Source of the DNA: a virus
Taxonomy: Duplodnaviria; Heunggongvirae; Uroviricota; Caudoviricetes
Virus record (IMG/VR): IMGVR_UViG_3300040801_001158
Span: 73,359-137,358 of that record
Direction: 5' to 3' (one strand)
Length of the DNA: 64,000 bases
Shown piece by piece: positions 45,592 through 56,068 of the stretch. Positions within the stretch are counted from its first letter, which is position 1; each line of letters starts with the position of its first letter. Made by a program: the position numbers and the translations under genes. The notes under the pieces were generated by a model. The model had not been told where the DNA came from. It did no database searches and worked only from the letters and a program-made list of their open reading frames with translations.

Positions 45592-45807
45592 ATGGTTAAC
45601 GTAGAACATACAACTATGATTTCCATCACTAAGAAACGATTATTTGTTACACACAACCAATTTAATTCACATTACATGAATGAAAATTTGTTTAGTCAGG
45701 CATGGCGCGAAGCTTACCCGGACGAAAGAATCACGCTTGTATGTAAAGGACAATGTGATTCTGGTTTTGAAGTACGCACTATTAGAGAGGAGGCGCTTGT
45801 ATCATGA
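45592..45807 (+). CDS. hypothetical protein (71 aa)
   Basis: ORF. Confidence 0.4.
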   Translation: MVNVEHTTMISITKKRLFVTHNQFNSHYMNENLFSQAWREAYPDERITLVCKGQCDSGFEVRTIREEALVS

Positions 45808-46037
45808 AAGCATTTGTAATGTATGATATTAGTAAAAGGGGTAAGATTAAAAATGTAATGGTAGTTAATGATGGTAGTGACCGCCCTGAAAAAATTTACG
45901 AGGATCGTGTGGATGAGTACGGTGATATTCGAGACAAGTGGATGCCTTACCAAAATTTTATTGCAAAGTATGGTGAAGACTTAATTCCAGTTCTCAAGAG
46001 GTTGAATGCAAACAAATATGTTTGTATATATGAATAG
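45804..46037 (+). CDS. hypothetical protein (77 aa)
   Basis: ORF. Confidence 0.4.
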   Translation: MKAFVMYDISKRGKIKNVMVVNDGSDRPEKIYEDRVDEYGDIRDKWMPYQNFIAKYGEDLIPVLKRLNANKYVCIYE

Positions 46038-46070
46038 CAAACAAATATGTTTGCTCGTAAAAAATCAAGA

Positions 46071-46125
46071 GAAAAAAAGGAATCCTTTTGGATTCCTCAA
46101 ATATTACAACTTAAAAGGGCAGCTT
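46071..46125 (-). terminator. two tandem hairpin terminators for the minus-strand late operon, placed between the convergent early and late units
   Basis: aggaatcc-tttt-ggattcct with the A-run 46071-46077 on the plus strand (T-run on the minus strand). gggcag-cttaata-ctgcct preceded by aaaa. Confidence 0.5.
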
Positions 46126-46139
46126 AATACTGCCTCTTA

Positions 46140-47447
46140 TTAGAATAAGTTTGCAACTATAACCTTACGGTAGTATACGTTGGTATTCGCAGTAAGTGCA
46201 CCATTATCGAATGCAGCACCACCTTTAGCGAATGGGTTAGCAACCATACCATAACGGGTCTTGAAACCGATTTTAGGTTGGAAACTATTCTCGCCAACTG
46301 CGCGAACCATTTGTAATGGAACGTATGGGCAATAGAATAAACCAGCATCGAATGAACTTGAACCTTTATAACCTACAACTAAGTAGTTAGATCCAGCGAA
46401 CGGGTCGATGTAAACTCTATAACGTCCGTTAAGAACACCGGCAAATGTATTACCTGTATCATCAACATCTAGTGCATTTGAGTTTAAAGCAGGAGTATAA
46501 TCTAATACACCAGCCATTTGCAATGCCGAAGCAACATCAGAAGAACAAATAACTAGGTTACCTTTTCCACGTCTTGTTTCTTTAGCAATTTGGTTTGCTT
46601 CTTGCTCGATTTGGAACATCAAGCCTTTGAACTTCTCTACAGACCAACGACCATTTGCGTCAACATCCAAGTCGAATGTACCAGCAACTGCAGTATTTGT
46701 AGCACCTACTTTAGAAGTAGAGTAAATTGTACGAACAACTTCACGGTTGATTTCATTTAAGATTTCACCTTGAAGAATGTTTGCTAACTCAGTTTCTGCA
46801 TCAAGACCATGAACAGCTTTAAGATCTTGAGCAAGCTCAGTTGTATATTCTGCTTTCAATGCGCGTGATTTCGCAGCAACGGTAACTTTCTCGATAGAGA
46901 ACGCCATTTCTGCGTAGTTAGTACCAGCGCCATCACCTAGTGCTTCAGCAGCAGCAGTTTCCATACCTGTACCAAAGTTAGATGAAGTTGGTAAAGTACC
47001 TGTTTGAGTACCTGTACCAGAGAATGCAGTATTTGCTTCGTTATAGAAAACTTCAGCGCCAGTCTGCGAAGTAGCACGTGAACGCATTGCGAAGATAAGT
47101 CCTGTAGGACCAGTCATCGGTTGAACACCACATATATCATATGCGATCATATTCGGCATTGCACGGCGTACTAACGAGATCAATACTGGGTCGTAACCAG
47201 CAGTAGGACCACCTGCAGCTGAAGCAGCACCAAAGCCACCTGTGCCGGCGTCGTTAGCATGAGTTTCTGATAACAATGATGTCATGTTAGCAGATCTGTC
47301 ACCAGTCTCAGCGAGAGCACGTTCAGTGTTCTCAAGAATGGTTGCAGTTACAGATTTTCTGTGTGCGTCTTTGATTGGTGAAAAAGATTCGTGCTCAAGA
47401 ATTGGGCCCCATTTTTCCACAAGTTTTTGACTGTTTGACTCAGACAT
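46140..47447 (-). CDS. major capsid protein (gp23-like), 435 aa
   Basis: Last gene of the T4-order morphogenesis block (protease-scaffold-MCP). Gly/Ala-rich. Preceded by a TATAAATA late promoter. Confidence 0.55.
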   Translation of the reverse strand: MSESNSQKLVEKWGPILEHESFSPIKDAHRKSVTATILENTERALAETGDRSANMTSLLSETHANDAGTGGFGAASAAGGPTAGYDPVLISLVRRAMPNMIAYDICGVQPMTGPTGLIFAMRSRATSQTGAEVFYNEANTAFSGTGTQTGTLPTSSNFGTGMETAAAEALGDGAGTNYAEMAFSIEKVTVAAKSRALKAEYTTELAQDLKAVHGLDAETELANILQGEILNEINREVVRTIYSTSKVGATNTAVAGTFDLDVDANGRWSVEKFKGLMFQIEQEANQIAKETRRGKGNLVICSSDVASALQMAGVLDYTPALNSNALDVDDTGNTFAGVLNGRYRVYIDPFAGSNYLVVGYKGSSSFDAGLFYCPYVPLQMVRAVGENSFQPKIGFKTRYGMVANPFAKGGAAFDNGALTANTNVYYRKVIVANLF

Positions 47448-47500
47448 TTAGTCTTCTCCTTGTTGAGTAAATTTTACTTTATTGTTATTATTACTTAATT

Positions 47501-47508
47501 ATTTATAA
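47501..47508 (-). promoter_or_regulatory. T4-type late promoter (TATAAATA on the minus strand) upstream of the capsid gene
   Basis: Plus-strand tatttata, about 55 nt upstream of the start at 47447. Confidence 0.5.
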
Positions 47509-47525
47509 AAATCAGTTTCCTGACT

Positions 47526-48440
47526 TTATTGCTTTTTCTTGCGATTGAGCGCTTCTACGAGAGCATTGATTGAACCATGATCTGAGGCAGGGCGTTTAAA
47601 CTCCGTGTCTTCAGTTATGATTGCAGCTTCTTCATCAACAACTTTCTTAACAGAATTTTTTTCTGAAAAGAATGATTCTTTAAGTGTAGTTAAATTACTA
47701 GAATATTCTTCAATATCACTATAGTTTAGGTTTTCAGAAAGTATCTTTAGACGTTCACGTTGTGACACGGTTAAGCTTTCAGTTAATTCGTCAAAAACTT
47801 TTTCAGCTTTAAGAGAAGCAATTTCTTCAGAAAGTCTAATGTTTTCACCAATTACTTTATTAGATTTTTGAGATAAAGAATTAACTTCTTCTTCTAAATC
47901 AGTAACAACGTCTAATGTGCTTTCGTCAATGTCGATATTATGTTCAGAGAACAAATTCTTTAAACCGCCCATAAGAGATTCAGCCATGTCAACTTTAATA
48001 CCAGATTCTATAGCAATTTCATTTTCTTTCATCCATTCATCAACTACATATCCCAAATATGAATCGAGATCTTCTACTATAGTATCAATCTTTATATCAA
48101 TTTGTTCTTGTAAATCTGTTTGGAGTTCTTCTCTCAAAGACTCTTCAATTTTTTGTGTTTCGATTGAAACTTGTTCGTGCAATGCAGCTTCAAAAACAAC
48201 ACTTACTTTTTTCTTAAAATCTTCAGAAAGATCCATACCTTCAAACATGTTTTGAATTGATTCTTCAACTACATATTCTCCATCACCATCGATTTCTTCA
48301 GATTCTTTCTTAGTAACTTTTTTAAGTTTTTCATCATTATTCTTTTTATCTACCACTTTATCTGTTCCACCTTCTGGTGTTACAGGACCAGCAACTGTAG
48401 ATTGTTCGTCGTCAGAGACAAACTTCTTACCTTCAGCCAT
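47526..48440 (-). CDS. prohead scaffolding protein (gp22-like), 304 aa
   Basis: Highly acidic, coiled-coil-rich; position between protease and MCP. Confidence 0.5.
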   Translation of the reverse strand: MAEGKKFVSDDEQSTVAGPVTPEGGTDKVVDKKNNDEKLKKVTKKESEEIDGDGEYVVEESIQNMFEGMDLSEDFKKKVSVVFEAALHEQVSIETQKIEESLREELQTDLQEQIDIKIDTIVEDLDSYLGYVVDEWMKENEIAIESGIKVDMAESLMGGLKNLFSEHNIDIDESTLDVVTDLEEEVNSLSQKSNKVIGENIRLSEEIASLKAEKVFDELTESLTVSQRERLKILSENLNYSDIEEYSSNLTTLKESFFSEKNSVKKVVDEEAAIITEDTEFKRPASDHGSINALVEALNRKKKQ

Positions 48441-48469
48441 ATTAATTCTCCTTTCTTGGTTAGTATGAA

Positions 48470-48477
48470 TATTTATA
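48470..48477 (-). promoter_or_regulatory. late promoter TATAAATA
   Basis: Plus-strand tatttata upstream of the scaffold gene. Confidence 0.45.
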
Positions 48478-48483
48478 TAAATG

Positions 48484-49161
48484 TTAATTTCTTAAAGAGC
48501 GAATAAAACTTTCGAACATTTTAGCAGCCTGAACTTCGTCAATCTTTCTAACTGTTCTCTTATACTGTTTTTTCGCTTCCTTTTCAATTGATTCTACAAC
48601 TCGTTGAGCAACCCAATTACCTGATGTAATATCATAATAATATTCAACATTTTCCATGATGCCATTTACAAAGGCATTAGGAGCTGATGGATCAGTTACA
48701 ATGTCAACCGTAGATAAATGGAAATCGTTTTGTACTTCCATGATGCCATCTTTAGACTGTTTTACAGAACCAAGACCGCGAGTAGAAACACCTATTTTAA
48801 CACCTTCATCAATAAATGTTTTTACAATTTCTCCCATTGGTGTACCGAGTATTTTTGCTTTACCATAGAAATCATTTCCATCTCTACGCATTTCTGTGAT
48901 TAAATGTGAAACACGATCGGCATTAATTGACGGCCCTTCAGGGTGATTAAGTTCACCTAGAGCTCTTGCTTTATTAATGTATTCGTCGGTATACCTAACC
49001 ATTTCTTTTTCGAGAATTGTACTAGGATATATTCTGCCATTACGATTTTTAAGGTCGCCTTGCATGAAGATACCTTCAATATAATATGATTTTTTGCCAG
49101 ATTCGTTGGCTTCAGTGATAACCTCACAAGATTCTGTAAGTACCTCTGTTATAAGTCTCAT
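48484..49161 (-). CDS. prohead protease (gp21-like), 225 aa
   Basis: Position and size (T4 gp21 is 212 aa). Confidence 0.45.
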   Translation of the reverse strand: MRLITEVLTESCEVITEANESGKKSYYIEGIFMQGDLKNRNGRIYPSTILEKEMVRYTDEYINKARALGELNHPEGPSINADRVSHLITEMRRDGNDFYGKAKILGTPMGEIVKTFIDEGVKIGVSTRGLGSVKQSKDGIMEVQNDFHLSTVDIVTDPSAPNAFVNGIMENVEYYYDITSGNWVAQRVVESIEKEAKKQYKRTVRKIDEVQAAKMFESFIRSLRN

Positions 49162-49184
49162 ATTCTTTCCTTTTTGTATTTATT

Positions 49185-49192
49185 TATTTATA
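49185..49192 (-). promoter_or_regulatory. late promoter TATAAATA
   Basis: Plus-strand tatttata upstream of the protease gene. Confidence 0.45.
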
Positions 49193-49227
49193 CTATATAT
49201 AAAATACTTAGTATCTATAACTTTTTG

Positions 49228-49884
49228 TTATAATGCTTCTCTGGCAAATCCCACAATTTCGTCAAATCCTGATTTATCAGTCATTAGTATTTGTTCAAAA
49301 TTCTTACGGTTTTTATCATCTAAATCTTTCATTAAATCGTTTAAAAGTTTTGCATCTTGTGCACTAATTTTAACAGTGTCGTTATTATCAAGTTTTAAGT
49401 TACCCGCTTTAAAACTTTCTTCTAAGCTTTCATAATATGGGTTAAAATCCATTTCATCTTCACCTGACTTATACATTTCGCCTTCAGCATAAGCGTGAAG
49501 TCCTTGCATCTTATCAAATACGACAGCAAGTTTATTTTGATACCAGGCTTCAACTTCATTTCCTTCTTCAAGAAAATCAACTATTTCTTCAGCTGCGTAT
49601 TGAATAAAATGTAATTGTCTTATTAGCATTTCATTTGTTTCGTAACTTTCTTTCATTGGATTTGTTTTATTTTTTACCGTGTAAGCTTTATCATACGATG
49701 TAGAATCTTGCCCTTTTTCATAATCTGCAAGCCGCTTCTTTTTATCAATAGTACCTTTAAATTGGCTTTCTGGCGCTACTGGGTGAGGAGTAACTTCAAC
49801 TTCATGCTGATCTACAAATCTTTGTTCTTCAGGAGATCTCGCTTTAGCAGATACTTCTGAAATTAGACTTTTAAAATTTTTCAT
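49228..49884 (-). CDS. prohead core protein (gp67/gp68-position), 218 aa, acidic
   Basis: Position between portal and protease. Confidence 0.3.
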   Translation of the reverse strand: MKNFKSLISEVSAKARSPEEQRFVDQHEVEVTPHPVAPESQFKGTIDKKKRLADYEKGQDSTSYDKAYTVKNKTNPMKESYETNEMLIRQLHFIQYAAEEIVDFLEEGNEVEAWYQNKLAVVFDKMQGLHAYAEGEMYKSGEDEMDFNPYYESLEESFKAGNLKLDNNDTVKISAQDAKLLNDLMKDLDDKNRKNFEQILMTDKSGFDEIVGFAREAL

Positions 49885-49915
49885 TTGTATTCCTTGATTA
49901 ATATATCATTTTAAC

Positions 49916-49923
49916 TATTTATA
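49916..49923 (-). promoter_or_regulatory. late promoter TATAAATA
   Basis: Plus-strand tatttata. Confidence 0.4.
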
Positions 49924-50031
49924 ATTAAAATATTTTTTTATAGTCGTACTATATATTCGTTTTTCTCAAGTAATCTTTACGAGATTGTTTAGTAAACATG
50001 ACATCATAGTTTGTCTTGCCACCCTGTACCA

Positions 50032-51600
50032 CTAAAAATCTGTCTTCTCATTGTTACCTTCATTTTCATCACCTTGGTCGTCCATTGCTTCTTTAGCTGC
50101 TTCGTCTCTGATTTCTTTCTGAATTTCTCTATAATCATCTTCAGACATCTGTAGAATATTACGAACAACCCAATATTTAGAATAATATACGCCAACATAC
50201 TCGTCAATATCTCGAAGTGTGTTTAATCTTTCACGTGTGATTTCTGTTTCTTTTAATTCTTCAAAGTAATTATCTTTAATAAAATTATATTTTATGGCTT
50301 TACGTATTTCTTCAAACTCTTCAGGATCAACTATACCTTTAAGAATAAGTTGTTTTTCTAATATGTGACTAAATATTTCAGAAAATCTTGAGCGCAACCT
50401 ACGAATAAATTTACTAAACTTCAACTCGTCGCGTGTAATTTCAGATACACGACCAAACGAATGCATTGTTTCAGGTTCTAATCTTGAAATAGGAACCTTT
50501 AATGATTTATATAATTTGCGTTGGAAGTATTGTAAGTTTTCATCTGTGCTTAGTGATTGGGCTGATCCACCAGCCAACGTGTCAACTTCAGTTGACCTTT
50601 CTCCACCTCTACGTGGAAACCAAAAATCTTCAGTCATAGTCATCATTTTACGAGCATCGGTAATTTCACCAGTACCCGAATTATATTGTAGTTTGTTTTT
50701 ATGGCGAGTCATCATATCACGAAGATATTGTTCGGCTTTTGACTTTGGTAAGTTACCAACGTCAATATAAAAAATTCTTCTTTCAGGAGCACGGGTTAAC
50801 GTATAGATAACAGTTGCGTCTTCAAGCATTCTTAATTGGTTTAGTGGTTTGATTGCTGGGTGAAGATTCGAAAGAACTAATGAATTATTTTCATTCATAA
50901 TTCCAGATGTAACTCTTGCAATTGAATCTTTTGATATTCTGTAACCAATAGAATTTACACTCATACTTCCACTGCTTGCAGATCCTGCTTGTTGTGCGGT
51001 ACCAAACCCGTTGTCAGAATATAAGTAATATTCGTTTTTTATTTTCTTTGCTGCTATAGCAGACGAGTCTTGAATATTCTTTTTGTCCATTTCTCGTACC
51101 AATTTAATCTTACGAGGATCAACATATCTTAATTCAGTAATACCCCTTTTAAGATCATTTTCATCAATTATAATATGATAATTAAGTCTTCCATCAACAT
51201 AAAATTTATTGAATATATCATATGATTTATGAGTAAATTCCATTAAGCCTAGAATTTCATCAAACTCTTCAATTATTCTTTCTTTAACTTTATCTGGTAA
51301 TTCAACATCGTCTAATACAATTTCGATGACTTTATCATCAGTGTTAACATTAATTGCTTCGTTTACTACTTCATCAATCGCTTGAGATATTTCGGGCTGC
51401 ATTGCCATGCCACGATACTTCGTGATAAGTTCAGATTCAGTTTTTGCTGCACCTTCCATATCCAAGGACATACCATAGAAACCACCTACGGCATTACCAA
51501 TGGAAATAGCACCATCATCATTATCTGGTTCCGCGAAGGATACTGGTGCAGAACCAGTATCCTTCTCGTCTCGTCTAATCTCAAATCCAAAAATACGCAT
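50032..51600 (-). CDS. portal protein (gp20-like), 522 aa
   Basis: Size (T4 gp20 is 524 aa) and position between the tail tube and prohead genes. Confidence 0.55.
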   Translation of the reverse strand: MRIFGFEIRRDEKDTGSAPVSFAEPDNDDGAISIGNAVGGFYGMSLDMEGAAKTESELITKYRGMAMQPEISQAIDEVVNEAINVNTDDKVIEIVLDDVELPDKVKERIIEEFDEILGLMEFTHKSYDIFNKFYVDGRLNYHIIIDENDLKRGITELRYVDPRKIKLVREMDKKNIQDSSAIAAKKIKNEYYLYSDNGFGTAQQAGSASSGSMSVNSIGYRISKDSIARVTSGIMNENNSLVLSNLHPAIKPLNQLRMLEDATVIYTLTRAPERRIFYIDVGNLPKSKAEQYLRDMMTRHKNKLQYNSGTGEITDARKMMTMTEDFWFPRRGGERSTEVDTLAGGSAQSLSTDENLQYFQRKLYKSLKVPISRLEPETMHSFGRVSEITRDELKFSKFIRRLRSRFSEIFSHILEKQLILKGIVDPEEFEEIRKAIKYNFIKDNYFEELKETEITRERLNTLRDIDEYVGVYYSKYWVVRNILQMSEDDYREIQKEIRDEAAKEAMDDQGDENEGNNEKTDF

Positions 51601-51642
51601 TTATTGATTCACCTTATTCATTGTTTTATTTATTTATCAAGA

Positions 51643-52176
51643 TTAGGTAGTAGGAATTCCAGTGTTACCTTCTACACGCCATAAGTCGTATTGGAAAGTT
51701 ACAGTGAATTCTTCAATTGCGTCAACCTGACTCCAGTCCATTGCAATATCTGAAATCGTTATTGGAAACAAACCTTCAAATACGTACGAACGTAATGGCG
51801 AGCCATCTTTACTAAACTGAGTGATTATAGCATTTGATTTATAATCTCTAGGTAACGCACGCACATTGCTATCATGTGTATTAATTGCATTCGACCAAGC
51901 TTCCATTGCGTTCCGAATAGCAAAATCTTCATCGTTAATTACAGTTACAGTCCAATCATCAAATGTTCTATCGCCTGCGTATTTTATTTGCCGACCGAAA
52001 TAAGGGACAGTAAACTGACCTACGTTTGATGCTGGAATACCAGCAACTTTAACCATAAATGGCACTTTAAAATCAGCCTCAGGACTTACTGGATTCAGAA
52101 TTTGAACTTGGAATAGAGTTGGGCGAGCGCCACCTCCAGAAAGTTCAGATTTAAATTGATTTATATTAAAACTCAT
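51643..52176 (-). CDS. tail tube protein (gp19-like), 177 aa
   Basis: Position and size (T4 gp19 is 163 aa). Confidence 0.5.
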   Translation of the reverse strand: MSFNINQFKSELSGGGARPTLFQVQILNPVSPEADFKVPFMVKVAGIPASNVGQFTVPYFGRQIKYAGDRTFDDWTVTVINDEDFAIRNAMEAWSNAINTHDSNVRALPRDYKSNAIITQFSKDGSPLRSYVFEGLFPITISDIAMDWSQVDAIEEFTVTFQYDLWRVEGNTGIPTT

Positions 52177-52204
52177 GTTATTGTGTCCTTAATTTATATT
52201 CTTA

Positions 52205-54103
52205 TTAAGAAATTGAACCGACGATTTCGTCAAATTCTATTCCGCTACGCGTTGCAACAAATGTTAGTTCTATTACATTGATTGAACGCGCAGGCTTAAT
52301 AAAGATATTAGCTCTAAACTTATTCTGATCTACGATAACAGGTGTGTTAACTGTTGCGTCCGATACAACACGGAAATCAATTATTCCACGGCGTCCTTGA
52401 ATATCTCTTAAGAACGGGTCAACTATATTTTTAAACTGAGTTTGTGTAAAATCATCATTGAGATCAAATAATAGGTTTTGCGCGGCGTTTGCAATTGATT
52501 TTTCTACAGCAATAAATAGTCTACGAACATTTATACGATCAAACGCGCTTTGTACACCCAATCCTGTTTTATCGCCGAATAATATAATACCTTGACCAAT
52601 TTGTGAAACTACTGGATTGATATCTGAACTGTATAATTGGTCTCTTTGTGCTTTATTCGGGTTAAACGCAAGTTTAACTACGTTTTTAATAACACCTTTT
52701 CTAAAACCTGCTGGTGATTCGTAAGGTTCAACTCTAGATGCAAGTCCAGCCATGTCACCATTCAGTGGTACGAAACGATAAACATCATTATACTTGTCGT
52801 ATCTGTATTTATAACCGCTATCCATAAACCAATACGACGATGATTGAATTTTATTACGATATGCAATTACATTTTTAAGTTTTGAGTTGGTTCTCAACTC
52901 GTCAACAACCGATTCTTTTGATGGGGATAAAAACGCGACTACATCCTTTCTCTTTTCAGCAATGTTTGATACTATATAGTTTGCAAGATTACCATTATCA
53001 TCGCCTTTACCTTGAAGGATAAAAGAAATGTCAATTTCATTTGCGTTTTCAAAAGTATCATACGCTAGCGCCAATGGGCCGAGTGTTGTTGTTGCTTCAC
53101 TTGTGCCATCTGTACCTAATGTTAAAGTTTCATATCCAGATGAAGTTGCTTCAAAATTAATTGTATTTGCAACATTAACCCAACTTGAACCGTTGTTAAT
53201 AACATCAACGTAATAGTTATTTCTACCATTAGTTAATGTTGAACCTTGAGTAGTTGATAAATTTTCGTATAATTCAACAATACTGCCAGCTTGACCAGAA
53301 AGTTTACCATTATTGTCAATTACAGCAATATGATAAGTTCCTTCAACAGGTGCAGTACCAAACGATGAGGCATAAATCCATTTTGTTGTGAACTTAAGAG
53401 CATTTAAATTTGTCTCTGATAGCGTATATCTTGTGGCGAGTGTAATCTCGTATTTATACGCAACAATATCCAATTCAAGCGCGGCTGGGTTACCTTCAAA
53501 ATCAATAGCAGTTTCTACTGCGCTATTCATTTTTAATGACTGGTACCCAACAGAATCGTTGCCGATTTCTAAAATATCACCTGCGTTTATATTATTAATT
53601 TTGTTCAATGCATCAACTTCAAATTCTATGTTAAATGAGTTAAAATCAATTGTCTGTGTGTTTGCTGTTATTATCGAATTCGCTGGTATGTCACCAACTT
53701 CTACGACAGTATGTTCAAAATTAATGTTATTTGAATACGCAACGTCAATTGAGTTGCCCAATTCACCTGGGTATTTACCTTCAAATGATCCTGCTTCTAC
53801 TATAACGTTATTTGCTACAATATCACCTGATGCTTTTCTTGCGCCATTATCGGCGCGTGCTACATATAATGCATTTGAATATGAAAGATAATCGGCAGCA
53901 ACAAAGAATGTTTCATACGTATTATCTGTTGGCGCGCCAAAACGGCCAACTAGTTCATTTTCTGAAGAGATTAGAATAGGTTCTTCGGTAGGACCCCATC
54001 TAAAAACTCCTGCAATGGCCGCTGGTGGTGTAGCTATAGCAGGTACGCCTGCTGTGGCATCCACTTCACGAACAATTACTGAAGGACTTACGGAAAAAGC
54101 CAT
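52205..54103 (-). CDS. tail sheath protein (gp18-like), 632 aa
   Basis: Position and size (T4 gp18 is 659 aa). Confidence 0.55.
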   Translation of the reverse strand: MAFSVSPSVIVREVDATAGVPAIATPPAAIAGVFRWGPTEEPILISSENELVGRFGAPTDNTYETFFVAADYLSYSNALYVARADNGARKASGDIVANNVIVEAGSFEGKYPGELGNSIDVAYSNNINFEHTVVEVGDIPANSIITANTQTIDFNSFNIEFEVDALNKINNINAGDILEIGNDSVGYQSLKMNSAVETAIDFEGNPAALELDIVAYKYEITLATRYTLSETNLNALKFTTKWIYASSFGTAPVEGTYHIAVIDNNGKLSGQAGSIVELYENLSTTQGSTLTNGRNNYYVDVINNGSSWVNVANTINFEATSSGYETLTLGTDGTSEATTTLGPLALAYDTFENANEIDISFILQGKGDDNGNLANYIVSNIAEKRKDVVAFLSPSKESVVDELRTNSKLKNVIAYRNKIQSSSYWFMDSGYKYRYDKYNDVYRFVPLNGDMAGLASRVEPYESPAGFRKGVIKNVVKLAFNPNKAQRDQLYSSDINPVVSQIGQGIILFGDKTGLGVQSAFDRINVRRLFIAVEKSIANAAQNLLFDLNDDFTQTQFKNIVDPFLRDIQGRRGIIDFRVVSDATVNTPVIVDQNKFRANIFIKPARSINVIELTFVATRSGIEFDEIVGSIS

Positions 54104-54152
54104 GTTTGTTCTCCTTTAACTTTTGTCATTTTTTTGTTTTTGTATCATTTGT

Positions 54153-54160
54153 TATTTATA
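54153..54160 (-). promoter_or_regulatory. late promoter TATAAATA upstream of the sheath gene
   Basis: Plus-strand tatttata. Confidence 0.45.
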
Positions 54161-54172
54161 ATATTATGACAC

Positions 54173-55345
54173 TTAGAAAATCCATTCACTCTTGTCGTTT
54201 GCGACTGTTGTAAATCCTTCAGAGTCAATATCATCGCCATCACCAATATCTATAAACCCAAATGGCAATAAATCTTCTTCTATTTGTTCTTCTGTTTTTT
54301 CTCTTAACATCATCATCGTATTTATATCAGTTAAATCTTTAAAATATCCTTGGTCTGTAAACCAAGCAAATAATACTAAATTCATTACCAAGTCGTCATG
54401 CGCACCAGATTCAGCCTCATAAGAATTTCCTTTTTTAGAAAATCTAGTTAATTCTTGTATTGTATGGAAGTCATCTAATAGTAGCTGGTCTTGCTCTATT
54501 AACATTTTTAATATTGAACACCCAATCGACTTTACACTTTTTGTTGTTCTTATGCCATTATCAACTCTTTTACCGAACCCACTCGATATTCGTTTACCTG
54601 ACCTGCCAGCATTTTCGGTGTATAACATATTCTCATAACCAAAATCCATTGTAAGTACATCAGATACTTGTTCACCAATGTCGTTTATTTCAACCAAGCA
54701 ATATGCCTCAGCGTACATCGTAGCAACCCTAAATATAACAGATGCAAAATCTACTGGCCCAATATAATTATCTCTAAATGTACATACTTGCTTATATGGC
54801 ATTTGTGTTATATCAATTACAGTAAAGGTTGAATAATCAAGTCCTTTACCACGAGACACATCAACTACCATTACATATGTTCTTGAAAGATCAGGTCTTT
54901 CGTATTGACACAACCCATCAACTTCATGCAATGGTCTTGAATATGTTAACTCTTTTAATTTAGATCCATTAATAAGTGTACCAGAACTGCCAATAAATTG
55001 ACAGTTGTGCGAAACCATTCCATTTGTTAAATATTTATTTCCATTACTAACTTCTAGTGCATCGTATACATAATCAGTTTCATTTTTATTAATATACAAG
55101 TATGAAACTTCGCTAAAGCCATTTTCAGTTTTAATTCTATCGCCTACCTGCAATTTTTGTGCATGTGCAAATCCGTAATCAGTTTCTAGTTCGTGATCTA
55201 AAGAACATTCCAAAGTTTGTTTATTTTCTAGCGATAGAGTGACTATCCCAGTTGTTAGTGTCTTTCTCACGCCATGAAAATCTGACCAACCCTCGGGTGT
55301 TAATATTTCATATTTACTCTGCATTTGCAAGTTCTGATACTCCAT
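54173..55345 (-). CDS. terminase large subunit, C-terminal part. An intein C-fragment (about 114 aa ending ...GMVSHN) is followed at 55003 by the Cys+1 extein (nuclease domain).
   Basis: HN/C splice junction; block-B-like LECSLDHELET. The extein VVDVSRGKGLDYSTF and AHDD motifs are terminase-nuclease-like. Confidence 0.55.
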   Translation of the reverse strand: MEYQNLQMQSKYEILTPEGWSDFHGVRKTLTTGIVTLSLENKQTLECSLDHELETDYGFAHAQKLQVGDRIKTENGFSEVSYLYINKNETDYVYDALEVSNGNKYLTNGMVSHNCQFIGSSGTLINGSKLKELTYSRPLHEVDGLCQYERPDLSRTYVMVVDVSRGKGLDYSTFTVIDITQMPYKQVCTFRDNYIGPVDFASVIFRVATMYAEAYCLVEINDIGEQVSDVLTMDFGYENMLYTENAGRSGKRISSGFGKRVDNGIRTTKSVKSIGCSILKMLIEQDQLLLDDFHTIQELTRFSKKGNSYEAESGAHDDLVMNLVLFAWFTDQGYFKDLTDINTMMMLREKTEEQIEEDLLPFGFIDIGDGDDIDSEGFTTVANDKSEWIF

Positions 55346-56018
55346 TTTCTAAAATTCTTCTAATTGCGACTGTAGTAACATTATATTTTTTCGAGAAAAA
55401 TTCAGAATATAATTTCTTTTTATTAATATATTTGCCATTAGGTGATTTCAATTCTTCAATTTTAACTTTACCAACTTTATGCTTATCCATTTTTTTAACA
55501 AACTGTGAGATGAATTCATTATCGAATATTAATGAGTCTTCCTCAAATTTCTTTATAATATCTTTAGCTTCATCTAAAGGTATTTTCCTTCCACCCCAAC
55601 TTTTACCTTTACGCAATTTTGACCATTTTTTTCTTGTTTCTTCAGAAAAATTTGCATTCTTAGACCACGTGTTTTTCATTTTTTTTGACCAATGATTATC
55701 TCTCATTTTTTGTTTTGATTCTTCAGAGTACTTAAATCCTTTAGTGTTGAAGTTAGGAGCTAAATGATTACCTTTTCCATTTATACTTTCATTGAGGCCG
55801 TTGTAAAACGTATCATATTTGGCTATAAATATTTCTTCTAAATCTTCTGCTTCTGAATAAGTATCGCAATATTTTAGTATTTCAATTTTTTCTATACCAA
55901 TTTCAAATCTTTTAGATTTTTTATGTACGCGCATTCTTTTGTTATATTCACAAGTAATGCCAATATATTGTTGTCCGTCCAGTCTAGTGATCATGTATAT
56001 TACATTTTTACTCATCAC
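55314..56018 (-). CDS. GIY-YIG homing endonuclease (234 aa), free-standing between the two terminase fragments
   Basis: N-terminal YMITRLDGQQYIGIT...RMRVHK (GIY...YIG...R). Confidence 0.65.
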   Translation of the reverse strand: MMSKNVIYMITRLDGQQYIGITCEYNKRMRVHKKSKRFEIGIEKIEILKYCDTYSEAEDLEEIFIAKYDTFYNGLNESINGKGNHLAPNFNTKGFKYSEESKQKMRDNHWSKKMKNTWSKNANFSEETRKKWSKLRKGKSWGGRKIPLDEAKDIIKKFEEDSLIFDNEFISQFVKKMDKHKVGKVKIEELKSPNGKYINKKKLYSEFFSKKYNVTTVAIRRILENGVSELANAE

Positions 56019-56068
56019 AATCTCCTTAGTTTATTTTATTTATAAAACCAAAGAATTCACACTCATGC

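Noticed and set aside
46027-46050. Plus-strand terminator for the early block (hairpin gcaaacaaatatgtttgc)
   Set aside because: No following T-run on the plus strand. The neighbouring hairpins are better explained as minus-strand terminators.
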